Below are positions 13,251-25,563 of a stretch of DNA of 64,000 bases, piece by piece. Positions within the stretch are counted from its first letter, which is position 1; each line of letters starts with the position of its first letter. A program made the translations under genes and the position numbers. Origin of the DNA: the human T2T-CHM13v2.0 reference genome, Homo sapiens; assembly GCF_009914755.1 (NCBI RefSeq), contig NC_060926.1. The stretch is one strand, 5' to 3'. The notes beneath the pieces are model-generated. The model searched no databases, was not told the origin of the DNA, and saw nothing but the letters and a program-made list of their open reading frames with translations.

Positions 13251-14365
13251 GATTTCTTTATTTGTCTCTGTGTCTGTTTTTGTACCCGTACCATGCTGTT
13301 TTGGTTACAGTAGCCCTGTAGTATAGTTTGAAGTTGGGTAATGTGATGCCTCCAGCTTTGTTCATTTTGCTTAGGATTGCCTTGGCTATTTGGGCTCTTT
13401 TTTGGTTCCGTGAATTTTAAAATAGTTTTTTTCTAATTCTGTGAAGAATGTCAATGGTAACTTAATGGGAATAGCATTGAATCTATAAATTACTTTGGAC
13501 ATTATGACCATTTTAACAATATTGATTATTCCTGTCCATGAGCATGGATTATTTTTCCATTGGTTGTATTATCTCTGATTTCTTTCAGCAGTGTTTTATG
13601 ATTCTTGTTGTAGAGATCTTTCACCTCCCTTGTTAGCTGTATTTCTAGGTATTTTATAACTTTTGTGGCTATTGTGAATGGTATTGCATTCTTTATTAGG
13701 CTTTTGGCTTGGACGTTCTTGGTGTTTAGAAATGCTACTGATTTTTGTACACTGATTTTATGTCCTGAAACTTTGCTGAAGTTGTATATCAGATTTAGGA
13801 GCTTTTGGGCAGAGCTTATGGAGTTTTTTAGGTATAGAATCATATTGTCTGCAAACAGAGATAGACTGACTTTCTCTCTATTTGGATGCCTTTCATTTCT
13901 TTCCCTTGACTGAGTGCTCTAGCCAGGAATTCTACTACTGCATTGAATAGGAGTGGTGAGAGTGGGCATCGTTGTCTTGATACGGTTCTCAAGGGAAATG
14001 CTTCCAGCTTTTGCCCGTTCAGTATGATGTTGGCTGTAGGTTTGTCATAGATGGCTCTTATTATTTTGAGGTGCTTTCCTTCAATGACTAGTTTGTTGAG
14101 AGTTTTTGACGTGAAGGGATGTTGAATTTTATTGAAAGCCTTTTCTGCATCTATTGAGATGGTTTTTATACTTACTTCTGGTTTATGTGGTGAATCATAT
14201 TTACTGATTTGTATATGTTGAAGCAACCTTGTATCCCAGGGATAAACTCTGCTTGATTTTATAGATTACCTTTTTACTATGCTGCTGGTTTTAGTTTGCT
14301 AGTATTTTGTTGAGGATTTTTGCATCTATGCTCATCAAGGATATTGACCTGAAGTTTAGTTTCCT

Positions 14366-14708
14366 TATCTTGTCTTGTCTTGTCCTGTCCTGTCCTGTCT
14401 TTTCAGACAGTCTCACTCTGTTGCCTAGGCTGGAGTGCAGTGTCGCAATCTCGGCTCACTGCAACCTCCGCCTCCTGGGTTCATTCAAGAAAGCTCCTAA
14501 ATCTGTTCATTCAAGTATTCAAGTGATTCTTCTTCCTCAGCTTCCCGAGTAGCTGGGACTACAGTAGCCCAGCTAATTTTTGTATTTTTAGTAGAGACAG
14601 GGTTTCACCGTGTGGCCAGGCTGGTCTCAAACTCCTGACCTCAAGTGATCTGCCCGCCTCAGTCTCCCACAGTACTAGGTTTACAGGTGTGAGCCACTGG
14701 GCCTAGCC
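14366..14708 (-). mobile_element. AluS with (TCTTG)n-type tail and an internal insertion
   Basis: Antisense Alu with extra bases around 14480-14525 and a small deletion. Confidence 0.85.
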
Positions 14709-15378
14709 AACTTTTCCCTCTTAACACTTCTTTAGCTGTGTGCTAGAGATTCTGATATGTTGTTTTATTCAATTAATTTCTTTATTTCTATCTTAATTTC
14801 CTGTTTATACAAATGTTATTCAGGAGCAGTTGTTTAATTTCCATTTAATTACATGATTCTGAGTGATTTTCTTAGTTTTGATTTCCATTTTTATTGTGCT
14901 GTGGTCCGAGAGTGTGTTTGGTATGATTTAAATTTTTTTGAATTTGGTGAGGATTGTCTTATGGCTGATTATGTGGTTGATTTTAGAGTGTGTGCCATGT
15001 GCAGATGAGAATATATATTCTGTTGTTTTGGGGTGGAGAGTTCTGTTAGGCCCCTTGGTCAAATGTTGAGTTCATGTCCGGAATATCTTTGTTAGTTTTC
15101 TGCCTCAGTGATCTGTCTAATATTGTCAGTGGGGTGTTGAAGTCTCCCACTATTATTGTGTGGTTATCTAGGTCTCTTGTGTCGGTCTCTAAGAACTTGC
15201 TTTATGAATTTGGATGCTCCTGTGTTGGGTGCATATATTAATATAAGGATAGTTTGGTCTTCTTGTGGAACACTTTACCATTGTGTAATGCCCTTCTTTA
15301 TCTTTTCTGATCATTGTTGGTCGAAAGTCTGTTTTGTCTGAAATTGGAATAGCAACCCCTGCTTTTTTCTGTTTACTG

Positions 15379-15683
15379 TTTTTTTGTTTGTTTGTTTTTG
15401 AGACAGAGTCTCGCTCTGTCACCCAGGCTGAAGTGCAGTGGTGCGATCTTGGCTAACTGCAAGCTCCGCCTCCTGGGTTCACGCCATTCTCCTGCCTCAG
15501 CCTCCCGAGTAACTGGGACTACAGGTGCCCGCCACCACGCCCGGCTAATTTCTTTTTGTATTTTTAGTAGAGACGGGGTTTCACAGTGTTAGCCAGGATA
15601 GTCTCGATCTCCTGACCTCGTGATCTACCCTCCTTGGCCTCCCAAAGTGCTGGGATTACAGGCGTGAGCCACTGCGCCCGACC
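15379..15683 (-). mobile_element. AluY
   Basis: GCAAGCTCCGCCTCCTGGGTTCACGCCATTCTC and GTCTCGATCTCCTGACCTCGTGATC Y-type features. Confidence 0.9.
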
Positions 15684-16261
15684 ATTTGTATTTTTGTCTG
15701 ACAGAGTTATTTTGGAGAAGCAGTCTTCAGGTTCTGAGATTGTTTCCTCATCTTGGTGAATTCTGCTGTTAATACTTGTGGTTGTATTATGAAATTCTTG
15801 AAGTGAGTTTTTGAGCTCTGTCAATTCAGTAGTTCTTTCTTAAAAGGATCATTTTGTCTTTTATCTGCTTTATCATTTTATTGTAGTCCTTAGAGTCCTT
15901 GGATTGGGTTTTGGCTTTCTCCTGAAAGTTGATGATCTTCGTTCTATTCATGTTCTGAATTCTATTTCTGACATTAAGCCATTTAAGCTTGGTTAAGAAC
16001 CATTGCTGGGGAACTAGTGTGGCTGGAGATGAGAAGACATTCTGGATTTTTGAGTTACCAGAGTTATTGTGTTGGTTTTTGCTCATCTGTGTGGGCTGAT
16101 GTTCCTTCAGTCTTTGAAGTTGCTGTCTTTTGGATGTTTTTTCCCCCCCTTTAACCTTCTTTGTGGTTTCACTGTGGTATAAAGTGAGTTCAGTCAACTG
16201 GCCTTAATTCTAGTCTGCTCCTGGGTCTTGGAGGATCCCCCCTCAATTACTGTCTCTGTGC

Positions 16262-16640
16262 CTTCTTTTTTCCTTCCTTCCTTCCTTCCTTCCTTCCCTT
16301 TCTTCCTTTTCTTCCCTTTCTTCCCTTTCTTCCTTTCTTCCTTTCTTTCTTTCTGTTTGAGGCATAGTCTTACTCTGTTGCCCAGGCTGGAGTGCAGTGG
16401 TATGATCTTGACTCACTGCAACCTCTGTCTCCCGGATTCCAGTGATTCTCCTGCCTTGGCCTCCTGAGTACCTGGGACTACAGGTGCCTGCCACCATGCC
16501 TGGCTAATTTTTGTATTTTTAGCAGAGACAGGGTTTCATCATGTTGGCCAGGCTGGTCTCGAACCTGTGACCTCAAGTAATACGCATGCCCTGGCCTCCC
16601 AAAGTGCTGGGATTACAGGTGTGAGCCACCGTGCCTGGCC
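16262..16640 (-). mobile_element. AluS with a (CCTT/CTTT)n pyrimidine tail
   Basis: ~75-nt polypyrimidine microsatellite followed by an antisense Alu. Confidence 0.88.
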
Positions 16641-16789
16641 CCTGCTTTTCTTTTGTTCGGTGTTCTTGTCCATGGAGCTCCCTCAGGCAGGTGTCACAGG
16701 TGTAGACAGGCCATATACTTGCTGGGTCAGCCCTAATCTGCTCTCTGAGTGCTTCCTGGGGGGACATAGGGTTGTGCCTGCTCAGGCAT

Positions 16790-17480
16790 AAGCAGGACCC
16801 CTGGACTAGAAGCTTTAGTGGATATGGCCTTTCTTATGAGAGTGGGTTGGAGTTGCCTGCCCTGCCATCCAGGCATTTTCGGGGCAACAGGAGGCTGTGC
16901 CCCTCAGCAAATTCAGGCAGAGGCAGGACCTCTGGACTGGAAGCTCTAGCAGGTGTGGTTCTCCTGGAGTCACCCACCCTGCTTTCTGGGTATTTTCCAG
17001 GACAACAGGGTGCTACAATCAGACAGAAGTGGGACAGCTGGGCTGGAAGCTCTAGCAGGCATTGCTTGCCTGGCTGCCAGCCGTAGGGGTGAGTGGGGTC
17101 ATCCACCCTGTTATCCAGGTGTTTCCTGGGACAACAGGAGGCTGTGCCCACCAGCTAAGTCTACACAGAAGAGGGACCACTGGGCTAGAATCTATAGCAG
17201 GTATTGCCTACCTGGCTTCTAGTGGTGGGGTTGGGTGGGGCCACTCACCCTGTTATCCAGGTGCTTCCTGGGCAATAGGGGGCTGCAAACTCTGGCTGAG
17301 TTCACACAGAAGTGGGACCCCTGAGCTGAAAGCTCTGGCAAGTACTGCCCACCAGGCTACTAGTAGTAGGGGTGGGTGGGGTCACCCACCCTCCTGTCTG
17401 GGTGTTTCCAGGACAAGAGGCTGCAGCCACTGGCTGAGTCCAGGCAGAAGTGGTTCCGCAGGGCTGGAGGCTGGCACCAA
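16790..17480. repeat. Diverged tandem array of ~105-145-bp monomers (5-6 copies) in the L1 5'UTR
   Basis: Recurring GGGAC..CTGGGCTGGAAGCTCTAGCAGG and GGGTCACCCACCCTG..TCCAGGTGTTTCC motifs starting near 16793, 16924, 17031, 17173, 17313, 17451. Confidence 0.8.
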
Positions 17481-18475
17481 GCCTTGTCCAGCGAGGGGGT
17501 GTGGAGTAATCTTACTGCTCCCAGGCACCATGACTATAGCCTCTATTGGGTCTGTGGCACCAGTGCTGGTCTGCTCTGGGGCTCAAGGCTTGTCGAGGTC
17601 CCCTTGGACTTGAGTGTTGCCCCTATAAAATGTCCTGGTGTCTCTCAACCTCAGTCCTCAAAGCACAGTGGGGGAGGTGCAGGGGAGCCAGGAGGATTCT
17701 CCTGTTCCCAGTCTTGCACAGGTCCCTGTGGAGAGTGTGCGTCCTCCAGGGGGCTCTCACTTTTTGATCCTTTTCTGTGTTGGAGAGATTCTCCTGCCTC
17801 CGCCCTGAGCTCAGACAGGCTGGTGCCCAGCTTCGCTCCTCTCTGCTCTCTCTGTTCCCCTGCTTCCTTGATGCATCCTGATGTGTTTTCTCAGATGGTT
17901 GGCCTGCAGGGTCAGTGTTCACTAGCCGTTTTGTTTCCTCTCCATGAGAATGGCACGCGTGAGCTGCTTCTAGTCTTCCATCTTGACCCAACCCCCAAGG
18001 TTATTTGATTTTTAAACCACTTAGGTGAACTTGAGAAATATTTTACATGAATCTCCTGGGTTCTAATCACAGCTCCTTAATTAACTACTAATTAAAGAAT
18101 ATTTGAAAAGACTATTTTAAAAACATGAAGCCAAATAAAATATTTCTTTTTGGTCATATAAAAAAGTATACTTAAAACTTTACAACATGCAAAGGATGAT
18201 CTCAGTGTAAATCACTGGACACATTTGGACACATTTGTTAACTATGAATATTTAAATAGTATCAAAGTGCTGAATTCTTCATGTATTTTGTTTGTGCTAG
18301 CACTTATTGTCTAGGCTGAGGCATAGGGACATTCTTGGGACAAAAAAGCATCTCTGACCCAGAGGACACATATGCATCCTTTAGCTCCAAGATCTCCAAG
18401 TTTTGCCAACTGGGAGAAACATCAGGGCAATGTGTGCTGGGGTAGAGGCAAAGACACAGGGAAGGGACTCCAAAC

Positions 18476-18698
18476 TTTTTTCTTTCTTTTTTATTGAGAC
18501 GGAGTCTTGCTCTGTCACCCAGGCTGGAGTGCAGTGGCACGATCTCGTCTCACTGCAGCCTCTGCCTCCTGGGTTCCAGTGATTGTCCTACCTCAGCCTC
18601 CTAGGTAGCTGGGATTACAGGGACACGCCACTACACCTGGCTAATTTTTGTATTTTTAGTAGAGACGGGGTTTCACCATGTTGGCCAGGCTGGTCTCA
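18476..18698 (-). mobile_element. AluS, 5'-truncated
   Basis: Antisense right arm plus part of the left arm. Confidence 0.87.
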
Positions 18699-18900
18699 GC
18701 AGCGTTGGTGAAAAAGGTTTCTCTGGAGCCTTTGGGTCATGTCTTAAGTTATCAGGTTATTTCTTGGCTCATCAGCAGAAGATATTTTATAAATTTAAAT
18801 CATCTATGTCTTCCTGGTTGGTTTTTTTTTTTATATGTAGTAAAGTCTTGCAGCAGGTTTTAAAGCACAATTTCAAGTGGCATTTAAATAGATTGTCTAT

Positions 18901-19209
<309 letters not shown>

Positions 19210-19344
19210 AATTGTCTATTATTGAAAACAGCTTTCATGTACTCAAAACTTTAAAAACTTATCTAACTCAAACTTCAGATGTACCTCCATCTTGTGGCAA
19301 CTTGTCAGAAGTGTTCAACATGAAAAAGTTTTAGAGTAAAAATG

Positions 19345-19357
19345 TTTTTTCCTTTTT

Positions 19358-19391
<34 letters not shown>

Positions 19392-19757
19392 TTTTTATAC
19401 TTTAAGTTCTGGGATACATGTGCAGTACTTGCATGTTTGTTACATAGGTATATATGTGCCATGGTGGTTTGCTGCACCCATCAACCTGTCATCTAGGTTT
19501 TAAGTCCTGCATGCATTAGGTATTTGTCCTCATGCTCTCCCTCCCCTTGTCTCCCAACCCCCGACAGGCCCCAGTATGTGATGTTCCCCTCCCTGTGTCC
19601 ATGTGTTCTCATTGTTCAACTCCCACTTATGAGTGAGAACATGCGGTGTTTGTTTTTCTGTTCTTGTGTTAGTTTGCTGAGAATGATGGTTTCCAGCGTC
19701 ATCCATGTCCCTGCAAAGGACATGAACTCATTCTTTTTTATAACTTCATAGTATTCC

Positions 19758-19811
<54 letters not shown>

Positions 19812-22800
19812 ACTTTTTCTTTACCCAGTCTATCATTGATGGACATTTGGATTGGTTCCAAGTCTTTGCTATTGTAAATAGTGCTGCAATAAACTTAAGT
19901 GTGCATGTGTATTTATAGTAGAATGATTTATAATCCTTTGGGTATATACCCATTAATGGAATTGCTGGGTCAAATGGTATTTCTGGTTCTAGATCCTTGA
20001 GGAATTGCCACACTATCTTCCACAATAGTTGAACTAATTTACACTCCCACCAATGGTGTAAAAGCGTTCCTATATCTCCACATCCTCTCCAGCATCGGTT
20101 GTTTCCTGACATTTTCATGATTGCCATTCTAACTGGCATGAGATGGTATCTCATTGTGGTTTTGATTTGCATTTCTGTAATGACCAGTGATGATGAGCTT
20201 TTCTTTCATGTTTTTTGGCCACATAAATGTCTTCTTTTGAGAAGTGTCTGTTCATATCCTTTGCCCACTTTTTGATGGGGTTTGTTTTTTTCTTGTAATT
20301 TGTTTAAGTTCCTTGTAGATTCTGGATATTAGACCTTTGTCAGATGGATAGATTGCAAAAATTTTCTCCCATTCTGTAGGTTGCCTGTTCACTCTGATGT
20401 TAGTTTCTTTTGCTATCCAGAAGCTCTTTAGTTTAATTAGATCCCATTTGTCAATTTTGGCTTTCATTGCCATTGGTTTTGGTGTTTTAGTCATGAAGTC
20501 TTTGCCCATGCTTATGTCCTGAATGGTGTTGCCTAGGTTTTCTTCTAGGCTTTTTATGGTTTTAGGTTTTACGCTTACATCTTTAATCCATCTTGAGTTA
20601 ATTTTTGTATAAGGTGTAAGGAAGGGGATCCAGTTTCAGTTTTTTGCATATGGCTAGCCAGTTTTCCCATCACCGTTTATTAAATAGGGAATCCTTTCCG
20701 TATTGCTTGTTTTTGTCAGGTTTGTCAAAGATCAGATGGTTGTAGGTGTGTGTCATTATTTCTGAGGCCTCTATTCTGTTCCATTGGTCTATGTATCTGT
20801 TTTGGTACCAGTACCATGCTGTTTTGTTTACTGTAGCCTTGTAGTATAGTTTGCAGTCAGGTAGTGTGATGCCTCCAGCTTTGTTATTTTTTGCTTAGGA
20901 TTGTCTTGGCTATACGGGCTCTTTTTTTGTTTCCATATGAAATTTAAATTAGTTTTTTCTAATTCTGTGAAGAAAGTCAATGGTAGCTTGATGGGAATAG
21001 CATTGAATCTGTAAATTACTTTGGGCAGTATGGCCATTTTCATGATATTAATTTTTCCTATCCGTGAGCATGGAATGCTTTTCCATTTGTTTGTGTCCTC
21101 TCTTATTTCCTTGAGCAGTGGTTTGTAGTTCTCCTTGAAGAGGTCCTTCACATCCCTTCTAAATTGTTTTCCTAGATATTTCATTTTCTTTGTAGCAGTT
21201 GTTAATGGGAGTTCACTCATGATTTGGCTGTTTGTCTATTATTGCTATATAGGAATGCTTGTGATTTTTGCACATTGATTTTGTATCCTGAGACTTTGTT
21301 GAAGTTGCTTATCAGCTCAAGGAGTTTTTTGGCTGAGATGATGGGGTTTTCTAAATATACAATCATGTCATCTGCAAACTGAGACAATTTGACTTCCTCT
21401 CTTCCTATTTGAATACACTTTATTTATTTATCTTGCCTGATTGCCCTGGCCAGAACTTCCAATACTATGTTGAATACGAGTGGTGAGAGAGGGCATCCTT
21501 GTCTCATGCCAATTTCCAAAGGGAATGCTTCCAGCTTTTGCCTGTTAAGTATGATACTGGCTATGGGTTTGCCATAAATAGCTCTTATTATTTTGAGATA
21601 TGTTCCATAAATACCTAGTTAATTGAGTGTTTTTAGCATGAAGTGGTGTTGAATTTTATCGAAGGCCCTTTCTGCATTTATTGAGATAGTCACGGTTTTT
21701 GTCATTGGTTCTGTTTATGTGATGGATTATGTTTATTGATTTTCATATGTTGAACCAGCCTTGCATCCCAGGGATGAAGCTGACTTGATCATGGTGGATA
21801 AGCTTTTTGATGTGCTGCTGGATTCAGTTTGCCATATTTTATTGAGGATTCTCACATTGATGTTCATCAGGGATATTGGCCTGAAATTTTCTTTTTTTGT
21901 TGTGTCTCTGCCAGGTTTTGGTATCAGGATGATGCTGGTCTCATAAAATGAGTTAGGGAGGAGTCCTTGTTTTTCTATTGTTTGGAATAGTTTCAGAAGG
22001 AATGGGATGAGCTCCTTTTTGTCCCTCTGGTAGAATTTAGCTGTGAATCCGTCTGGTCCTGGGCTTTTTTTGGTTGGTAGGCTATAAATTACTGCCTCAA
22101 TTTCAGAACTTGTTATTGGTCTATTCAGGGATTCGACTTCTTCCTCATTTAGTCTTGGGAGAGTGTATGTGTCCAGGATTTTATGCATTTCTTCTAGATT
22201 TTCTAGTTTATTTGCATAGAGGTGATGGTAGTTTGTATTTATGTGGGATCAGTGGTGATATTCCTTTATCATTTTTTACTGTGTCTATTTGATTCTTCTC
22301 CCTTTTCTTCTTTGCTAGCCTGGCTATCTGTGTGTCTACTTTGCTAATCTTTTCAAAAAACCAGCTCCTGGATTCATGGAATTTTTGAAGGGTTTTTCAT
22401 GTCTCTATCTCCTTCAGTTCTGCTTTGATCTTAGTTATTTCTTGTCTTCTGCTAGCTTTTTAATTTGTTTGCCTTTGCTTTTGTAGTTCTTTTAATTGTG
22501 ATGTTAGGGTGTCAATTTTAGATCTTTTCTGCTTTCCGATGTGGGCATTTAGTGCTATAAATTTTCCTCTAAAGACTGCTTTAGCTGTGTTAGAGATTCT
22601 GGTACATTATGTCTTTGTTCGCATTGGTTTCAAAGAATTTATTTCTGCCTTAATTTTCTTATTTACCCAGTAGTTATTAAGGAGCAGGTTGTTCAGTTTC
22701 CACGTAGTTGTGCTGTTTTGAGTGAGTTTCTTAATCCTGAGTTCTAATTTGATTGCGCTGGTTTTTCCTTTCCAGATTTAGTGCTTCCTTCAGGAGCTCT

Positions 22801-25057
22801 TGTAAGGCAGGCCTGGTGGTGACAAAATCTCTCAGCATTTGCTTGTCTGTAAAGGATTTTATTTCTCCTTTGCTTATGAAGCTTAGTTTGGCTGGATATG
22901 AAATTCTGGCTTGAGAATTCTTTAAGAATGTTGAATATTGGCCCCCACTTTCTTCTGGCTTGTAGGGTTTCTGCAGACAGATCCACTGTTAGTCTGATGG
23001 GCTTCCCTTTGTAGGTAACCTGACCTTTCTCTCTGGCTACCCTTAACATTTTCTCCTTCGTTTCAACCTTGGAGAATCTGACAATTATGTGTCTTGGGGT
23101 TGCTCTTCTCGAGGAGTATCTTAGTGGTGTTCTTTGTATTTCCTGAATTTGAATGTTGGCCTGTCTTGCTAGGTTGGGGAAGTTTTCCTGGATAATATCT
23201 TGAAGTGTGTTTTTTTAACTTGGTTCCATTATCCCTGTCACTTTCAGGTACACCAATCAATCGTAGGTTTGGTCTTTTCTCATAGTCCCCTATTTCTTGG
23301 AGTCTTTGTTCATTCCTTTTCATTCTTTTTTCTCTAGTCTTGTCTTCACACTTTATTTAGTTGATCTTCAATTTCTGATATCCTTTCTTGCGCTTGATTG
23401 ATTCAGCTATTGATACTTGTGTATGTTTCATGAAGTTCTGCTGTGGTTTTCAGCTCCATCAGGTCATTTGTGTTCTCTCTAAACTGGTTATTCTAGTTAG
23501 AAGTTCCTGTAACCTTTTATCAAGGTTCTCAGCTTCCTTGCCTGGGTTAGAACATGCTCCTTTAGCTCAGAGGAGTTTGTTATTGCCTACCTTCTGAAGC
23601 CTACTTCTGTCAATTCGTCAAACTCATTCTCTGTCCCGTTTTGTGCCCTTGCTGGAGAGGAGTTGTGATCATTTGGAAAAGAGACATTCTGATTTTTGGA
23701 ATTTTCAGCATTTTGCCCTGGTTTTTCCTCATCTTCACGGATTTATCTACCTTTAGTCTTTGATGTTGATGACCTTTGGATGCGGTTTTTGTGTGGGTGT
23801 CCTTTTTGTTGATGTTGTTGTCCTTGCTTTCTGTTTGTTGGTTTTCCTTTTAACAGTTGGTCCCCTCTTCTGCAGGTCTGCTGGAGTTTGCTGGAGGTCC
23901 ACTCCAGACCCTGTTTGCCTGGGTATCAACAGCAGAGGCCTCAGAACATCAAAGATTGCTGCCTGCTTCTTCCTCTGTAAGCTTCATCCTAGTGGTCATC
24001 CCCCTGATGCCAGCCAGACCTCTCCTGTATGAGTTGTCTGTTAACCCCTGCTGGGAGATGTCTCTCAGTCAGGAGGCATGGGGGTCAGGGACCCACTTGA
24101 GGAGGCAGTCTGTTCCTTAGCAGAACTGGAGTGCTGTGCTGGGAGATCCACTGCTCTCTTCAGAGCCAGCAGGCAGGAACGTTTAAGTCTGCTGAAGCTG
24201 TGCCCACAGCTGCCTCTTCTCCCAGGTGCTCTGTCCCAGGGAAATGGGAGTTTTACCTATAAGTCCCTGACTGGGGCTGCTGGCTTTCTTTCAGAGATGC
24301 CCTGCCCAGTGAGGAGGAATCTAAAGAGGAAGTCTGGCCACAGTCGCTTTTCTGTGCTGGGGTGAATTCCACACAGTCTGAACTTCCCGGTTGCTTCCTT
24401 AACACTGTGTGGGGAAAACCGCCTACTCAAGCCTCAGTAATGGCAGACTTCCCAACCCCCACCAAGCTCAAGCATCTCAGGTCAGTTTCAGACTGCTGAG
24501 CTGGCAGCCACAATTTCAAGCCAGTGGTTCTTAGCTTGCTGGAACCCAGCAAGCTAAGAGTGGGAGTGGGACCTGCTGAGTGAGACCACTTGGCTCCTTG
24601 GCTTCAGCCCCCTTTCCGGGGGTGTGAACGATTCTGTCTCGCTGGGGTTTCAGGCGCTCCTGGGGTACGAAAAATAAACTCCTGCAGCTAGCTCAGTGTC
24701 TGCCCAAACAGGCACCCAGTTTTGTGCTTGAAACCCAGGGCCCTGGTGGTATAGACATATGAGGGAATCTCCTGGTCTGCAGTTTGTAAAAACTGTGGGA
24801 AAACTGTAGTATCTGGGTTGGATAGCACAGTCCCTTGACTAGGTGAGGGAGGTCCCTGGACCCTTGCACTTCCCGGGTGAGGTGACGCCCCACCCTGTTT
24901 CTGCTTGCCCTCCATGGGCTACACCCACTGTCTAACCAGTCCCAGTGAGATGAACCGGGTACCTCAGTTGGAAATGCAGAAATCACCCGCCTTCTGTGTT
25001 GTTCTCGCAGGGAGCTGCAGATGGGAGCTGTTGCTATTCAGTCATCTTGCCCAGGAA
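19345..25057 (-). mobile_element. L1PA7-like near-full-length LINE-1 (defective, internal deletion near 22760)
   Basis: Long poly-T at 19345-19397, L1PA7-type 3'UTR, ORF2 and ORF1 peptides in several broken frames, primate 5'UTR ending ...TATTCAGTCATCTTG. Confidence 0.92.
19760..19808. repeat. (TA)n microsatellite (~24 units) inside the L1 3' region
   Basis: Uninterrupted TA run. Confidence 0.95.
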
Positions 25058-25292
25058 CAACTAGAGTTAAATTTAAATACAGAAGCTGGAAAATCTGATA
25101 TAAAAATCAGTTGCTGTATGTAAGATTTTAGGAAGATTGACAGCTTTTCCTTTACTTTTTGTTTTCCTTTCCACCTTTCTTAAGGCTTGGTTTCAGCCCT
25201 ATTATACATATTTACTTTTATCAGAAAGGATCAGAAATGTTTTTTGAGTGTAATGAACAGGCATAAATACTTTTTCAAAACATTTTTCTTAA

Positions 25293-25563
<271 letters not shown>

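Noticed and set aside
16790-17480. Periodic array read as a CRISPR-like locus
   Set aside because: Whole units are homologous, with no unique spacers; this is eukaryotic L1 context with no cas genes.
16772-18008. Longest ORFs in the track (183 aa and 210 aa) as novel proteins
   Set aside because: They lie in the GC-rich, tandemly repeated L1 5'UTR, overlap in several frames on both strands, mostly use non-ATG starts and resemble no domain I recognise.
19345-25057. Retrotransposition-competent L1
   Set aside because: Both ORFs are broken into many frames, most of the endonuclease domain is deleted and the subfamily is old.
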